A stretch of 32,000 bases of DNA from Okeania sp. (lineage in GTDB: Bacteria; Cyanobacteriota; Cyanobacteriia; Cyanobacteriales; Microcoleaceae), in the NCBI RefSeq assembly GCF_035285525.1, contig NZ_JAYKGW010000071.1, forward strand, positions 26,386 through 58,385, in the 5' to 3' direction. Of the stretch, positions 28,235 to 32,000 are shown in pieces; within the stretch, counting starts at the first letter, position 1; every line of letters starts with the position of its first letter. Under the pieces are notes generated by a model, which did not search any database, was not told the DNA's origin, and saw nothing but the letters and a program-made list of their open reading frames with translations. The position numbers were made by a program, and so were the translations under genes.

Positions 28235-28348
28235 TTAGAACACTTTCTGTTGTTATGAGGTACATCTATCACGGGCAAGAGTTGGAAAAAAATTACTGCC
28301 CTATTCCCTAGCTTATCTACTTCTTCAAAAAGTGTTTTTCAGCCAACC

Positions 28349-28855
28349 TTAATTATTTTCCTCTCCTGCTACAATTAAAACTTCTGTGTAAAGTTGATTA
28401 CTGACTCGAAATTTAGCCTGTTTAATTAAAGCGTTAATTATTGGTCTAATTTTTGTTACTAAACCTCGTTGCTTTGCTACAAGTAGAATGCCTAATAATC
28501 CAGTAATATTTAGCCCTAAATTAGTTGCTTTTCTACGCCCTAAACGTTCATCAATTAGCAATTCGTCTGCTTTAATTTCTAAGGCCAAAGCAATTGCTTC
28601 AGACTCACCACGATCCAGATTACAATTACTTTGTAATGTTTCAATTAGTTGAATATTAGTTGGTTGACAAACCTCTATCCAATCAAGGGATAAAATTTGC
28701 TTGATTTGCAAGTTATCTTTACCGGCCTGCATAAGTTCATTGGCCACCCCAGGAGGAATAAATACCTGTCCATAAATTTGTTGGAGCAAAGGTAGATGTT
28801 CTACAATTGCTAATCCATTGAGAGGAGATGTATCACTGACAACAATCATAACCAC
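28349..28855 (-). CDS. DUF3368-type PIN-like protein, putative toxin
   Basis: IVVSDTSPLNGLAIVEHLPLLQQIYGQVFIPPGVANEL and DRGESEAIALALE are typical of DUF3368. It overlaps the upstream UPF0175 gene by 10 nt. Confidence 0.8.
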   Translation of the reverse strand: MVMIVVSDTSPLNGLAIVEHLPLLQQIYGQVFIPPGVANELMQAGKDNLQIKQILSLDWIEVCQPTNIQLIETLQSNCNLDRGESEAIALALEIKADELLIDERLGRRKATNLGLNITGLLGILLVAKQRGLVTKIRPIINALIKQAKFRVSNQLYTEVLIVAGEENN

Positions 28856-29091
28856 CCTTTAGCCTGGAAATGCTGAATATCTTCCTGCAATTCTGCCACA
28901 TCATAATGAATACAGATACCACGCTCTGCTATCAACCTTTGAAAACGAATCTGTGACATATTTAATAATTCTGCTGCCTTTCCCAAGCTAATTTTTTCTT
29001 GCTGAAAGAGTAACAGAATAATCTCAACTAACAGTTCATCTTCTGATAAACCACTAGCTTTTATAATTTCATTAGAAATAATTAAACTCAC
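28846..29091 (-). CDS. UPF0175-family protein, putative antitoxin
   Basis: LLFQQEKISLGKAAELLNMSQIRFQRLIAERGI is the UPF0175 helix-turn-helix pattern. It forms the canonical pairing with DUF3368. Confidence 0.8.
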   Translation of the reverse strand: MSLIISNEIIKASGLSEDELLVEIILLLFQQEKISLGKAAELLNMSQIRFQRLIAERGICIHYDVAELQEDIQHFQAKGWL

Positions 29092-29145
29092 TTTTTTTAA
29101 CGTCCTTTATTAATGGATAATGAATAATAATTAAAACTATCTTTA

Positions 29146-29817
29146 TTAATTATTAATTTCTTTGTGCTTGGTTAATTCTGAAAAACGTTGTAATAACCAA
29201 CTTCCTACCTGTGCTTGGTCTTCCGTGCGACTGCGACTTAAAGCACTTTCCAATATAGCAATATTCAGACCTGATAAAACTAAGGATTCTTTAATTCGCT
29301 GACTACCATTATTGTCGATAATAGCAAAAGCAATAATTTCAGCTTTTTGTACATCCACTACCCAATATTCTGCTACTTGTATTTCCTCATAAAGCAACCT
29401 TTTTTGACCAATATCATCAGCTAAAGTAGAATCAGCAATTTCTATGACTAAATCTGGTGGTGGTGTGGAATCAAGATTTGTAATAGCTGTTCCCTTCGGT
29501 GCTAAGTTCGCACGTTCCCCAATATAATAAGATATATCTGGTTGACATTCTCTGATACCTACCATCCGATAACTACAGTTATCCAAACTATTGAAAGCCA
29601 GACCTTTGATAGTGCAAAACAGATTTATGGCAAATAGAATAGTAGCATTATCTCTAGAATGGTTCGGTCCTATTGGCATGGTTTCAATTCTAATATATTC
29701 ATTGTGGTAATAGCATTTAGCTTTTTGATAAGCAGGGTTTTCCGTCATCTGGATAAATTCATCCCAGGTAGCGATTACCCATTTATCTGTTGGTAGTTGT
29801 GTTCCTATCATATTCAT
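29146..29817 (-). CDS. Uma2-family (DUF820) restriction-endonuclease-fold protein
   Basis: QPDISYY, PPPDLVIEIADST and VAEYWVVD are typical Uma2 motifs. Confidence 0.85.
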   Translation of the reverse strand: MNMIGTQLPTDKWVIATWDEFIQMTENPAYQKAKCYYHNEYIRIETMPIGPNHSRDNATILFAINLFCTIKGLAFNSLDNCSYRMVGIRECQPDISYYIGERANLAPKGTAITNLDSTPPPDLVIEIADSTLADDIGQKRLLYEEIQVAEYWVVDVQKAEIIAFAIIDNNGSQRIKESLVLSGLNIAILESALSRSRTEDQAQVGSWLLQRFSELTKHKEINN

Positions 29818-29852
29818 TAAAATTATATTTGTATCTCATAAATATCAATAAC

Positions 29853-30089
29853 TTATCTTGACAAGTCAATATTATCTAAAGGTAATAACCGTTCATCCAC
29901 GTCTGGAAAATCTTCATCTAAGAGTTCGAGAGTAGAAAGAGTTTGCAGGAGAGATTTTTTCTGGAAAGGAGGAATAATAGCTAAGGGAATACCATTTTGG
30001 ATGATAGTTAGGGGTTCCCCTGTTTTTTGGGTTTGGTTAATTAAGTTTTGAACTGGTTCGGGAAATTCTGCCAGGGGTATTTGTTTCAT
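29853..30089 (-). CDS. Phd/YefM-like antitoxin-type protein, 78 aa
   Basis: MKQIPLAEFPEPVQNLINQTQKTGEPLTIIQNGIPLAIIPPF plus an acidic tail EDFPDVDERLLPLDNIDL. The start is moved to the internal ATG because 30090-30152 is part of a dispersed repeat. Confidence 0.6.
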   Translation of the reverse strand: MKQIPLAEFPEPVQNLINQTQKTGEPLTIIQNGIPLAIIPPFQKKSLLQTLSTLELLDEDFPDVDERLLPLDNIDLSR

Positions 30090-30375
30090 GTTTAGTTCTG
30101 GAGTTAGGGATTTTAGTCCATAATAACAGCTAAATGTAGTGGACTGTTTCACCTAAAACTGTGCATAATTATTTGTCATTGCGAACGAATGTGTTTGCGT
30201 AGCATTCCGGACCGAAAGCAATCTCAGGCCAACTTCCTATTGCACCATTTAAGATGAAACGGTTCAGTAGATTGTGATAAAATCAGTTTATACAACTGTA
30301 CCAAATCAAGAAGTTGTAGGGAGAAAAATTTATAAATTTATATCTGTTTTCTGTTGCTTAAAAAGGAGAAAAATT

Positions 30376-30909
30376 ATGATTGCTGAAGGTCAAAATTATC
30401 AAAAAATGAGTCCGGAAGAATATCTCGAATGGGAAGCAACACAGGAACTTCGTTATGAATATATTGATGGTGAAATTGTTGCCATGACTGGGGGAACTAT
30501 TCCTCATACTAAAATTTACCTCAATTTCTACAGAGCTTTGTATACTCACCTAAGTCAAAGAGGTTGTGAAGCTTATGTTGCAGATGTGAAAGTTCAGGCG
30601 AATGAAAACAGTTCTTATTTCTATCCCGATCTGGTGGTTACTTGCGATCCTGACGATCTAAAGGCCCGTGACTTTATCCAACATCCGAAAGTTATTGTTG
30701 AGGTATTTTCCCCAAGTACAGTAAGTTACGATCGCGGTGATAAGTTTAAATATTATCGTTAAATTCCTAGTTTGCAAGAATATGTATTGGTAGACTCGGA
30801 ATCAACTTTGGTAGAAATTTATCGTCGAGGAGAGGGGAAAATGTGGCTTTGCAATTTTTATGAAGCAGGGGAAGCGATCGCTTTTTCAAAGTCAAAATTC
30901 AAAAGTTAG
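30376..30909 (+). pseudogene. Uma2-family gene interrupted by a single in-frame TAA
   Basis: AAAGGAG precedes the ATG at 30376. EYLEWEATQELRYEYIDGEIVAMTGG and [28 protein letters not shown] are followed by TAA (30760-30762), then the same frame continues [25 protein letters not shown] to TAG at 30907-30909. Confidence 0.75.
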
Positions 30910-30916
30910 AAATTTG

Positions 30917-31060
30917 TAGTGGACTGTTTCATCTGAAATGATGCAATAGATTTTTGTTGGGTTGAGGTACGAAACCCAACAAAAATCTTTTCTCCCCTAC
31001 TCCCTTACTCCCCTGCTACCCTACTCCCTAATGCACTATTTTAGGTGAAACAGTCCAGTA
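30917..31060. repeat. ~145-bp inverted-repeat element (tagtggactgtttca.ct.aaat..tgca arms) enclosing a ttgttgggttgaggtacgaaacccaacaa hairpin
   Basis: Left arm at 30917-30945 and right arm tgcactattttaggtgaaacagtccagta at 31032-31060. A solo arm lies at 30127-30155, and related arms at 6455-6500 and 6563-6590. Confidence 0.8.
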
Positions 31061-31125
31061 GGGTGCGTTACGCTGCGCTCCAGTTCCATGTCCTGGTACA
31101 TTTCTATAGAATACTCTGACAATAC

Positions 31126-31154
31126 TAGGTTCTAGTCTAGAACCTATTTATTTT
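31126..31154 (+). terminator. Intrinsic terminator-like hairpin
   Basis: taggttcta-gtc-tagaaccta (9-bp stem) followed by tttatttt. Confidence 0.5.
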
Positions 31155-31332
31155 GAGGACAAAAAACAATTTGCCAGAGTTATTGTCAGGATTAGTACTA
31201 GGAGAGCTAAACCAAGGAAGCGACGTAGATGTTTCATCTGTTTTAGTAGTTCGGAAATTATATTTTTCTTGATTTTAGCTAGAAATTACAGCAATTTCGG
31301 AGTTAGTGAGGTACAAGGTTTTGTTTAGTAAT

Positions 31333-31434
31333 GAGTGGTAACACAAGCATCCTGCTTGTACAGCCTGGAAGGCTGTGTTACCTGAGTGGTAACACAAGCA
31401 TCCTGCTTGTACAGCCTGGAAGGCTGTGTTACAG
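31333..31434. repeat. Two tandem 51-bp units, each foldable into an outer stem enclosing two hairpins
   Basis: gagtggtaacacaagcatcctgcttgtacagcctggaaggctgtgttac occurs at 31333 and 31384, with outer stem gtaacac/gtgttac and inner stems aagca/tgctt and acagcc/ggctgt. The array starts 6 bp beyond the stop of the gene at 31440. Confidence 0.9.
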
Positions 31435-31439
31435 TAAAC

Positions 31440-32000
31440 TTAATTCAACAATTCGATCGCCCGCTTAGTCAAAGTTTCACCAGTCAAACCATTAAAAGCC
31501 ATCACTTGACCAGCACTGGAAGCAGTTTCACCGCGACGCCAGGCAAAAGTATCCCGCTTAACCTGACTCCGTAACATAATTGGTTCCAACATCAAACTGG
31601 CGCCACCAGTCACACCAATCAAAGCATCACCACCGAATAATTTCTCGAAACCAGCATCATCCAAAAATCCGCCATCAGCTTCAGAACAAGTATCCCAACC
31701 TGTATCCTGGGGACGATACAAACGCCGAGGGTTAATCACAGAAACTATTCGCACTCCAATACCTTCAATTTGCAAAGAGGCAGCAGCTTCAAATACTGGA
31801 ATTAATGGCATATCTCCTACCACTGCAAACACAACAGTCTTCTTCCCTGCTTTCTCCTCAAGCACAATAGCACCATCCTGCAACCCTTGTCTTGCTTGTT
31901 CAAAAGTAGTTCTAATAGGTAAAGGCGACTTACTAGCAGTAATAGTAACACCTTTATTTTTAGTAGTCAACGCCCAGTCATAACAAACTTGAATACTATT
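31440..32000 (-). CDS. C-terminal part of a phosphoketolase-like / transketolase-fold ThDP enzyme (partial, continues beyond the window)
   Basis: VVFAVVGDMPLIPVFEAAASL..GVRIVSVINPRRL..LFGGDALIGVTGG parallels the C-terminal domain layout of phosphoketolases. The frame stays open to position 32000. The sequence is divergent from the classical Xfp C-terminus, so only a family-level call is made. Confidence 0.6.
   Translation of the reverse strand, partial: NSIQVCYDWALTTKNKGVTITASKSPLPIRTTFEQARQGLQDGAIVLEEKAGKKTVVFAVVGDMPLIPVFEAAASLQIEGIGVRIVSVINPRRLYRPQDTGWDTCSEADGGFLDDAGFEKLFGGDALIGVTGGASLMLEPIMLRSQVKRDTFAWRRGETASSAGQVMAFNGLTGETLTKRAIELLN

Noticed and set aside
30090-30375. Longer versions of the antitoxin ORF (to 30152) and of the Uma2 ORF (from 30274)
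   Set aside because: The extra codons run into the dispersed repeat tagtggactgtttcacctaaaa (30127-30155) and a hairpin-family repeat. An internal ATG with AAAGGAG (30376) and an internal ATG at 30089 give family-typical N-termini.
28349-30909. A complete known anti-phage defence system (RM, CBASS, Abi, retron and so on) in the accessory islet or elsewhere in the window
   Set aside because: Only small TA-type modules and Uma2 genes are present. No methyltransferase, helicase, reverse transcriptase, cyclase, large ATPase or cas gene was seen in any frame of the window.

Overview
The window looks like chromosomal DNA from an AT-rich filamentous cyanobacterium, probably Nostocales. Evidence: many HIP1 sites (GCGATCGC, e.g. 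1556, 3484, 4943, 7111, 20741), heptamer STRR tracts, and the genes por, ndhL and desB. Recognisable housekeeping genes are por, trpA, a DUF3007 gene and ndhL (conserved cluster), tRNA-Leu(UAA), panB, ilvA, desB, apt, an OppB/DppB-type ABC permease and a partial phosphoketolase-like gene. They are separated by unusually long spacers full of MITE-like hairpin elements and tandem repeats. Accessory content: (1) a decayed segment at 1.6-4.4 kb with a freshly inserted MITE, a DUF29 pseudogene and a sigma-factor pseudogene; (2) two tandem paralogous TRAP solute-binding genes with no membrane subunits, separated by four 53-bp hairpin repeats; (3) a stand-alone RlaP-type nucleotidyltransferase; (4) a 498-aa group-2-type sigma factor with a ~180-aa N-terminal extension, whose decayed paralogue lies at 3.2-4.0 kb; (5) a small toxin-antitoxin/Uma2 islet at 28.3-30.9 kb. 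I could not identify any complete known defence, CRISPR, RM or secondary-metabolite system. The best novelty candidates are the sigma-factor fusion, the Phd-like antitoxin plus Uma2 gene pair, and a GC-rich hairpin-dense candidate ncRNA upstream of tRNA-Leu. All three are hypotheses. All family assignments come from reading motifs by eye; no database search was run.
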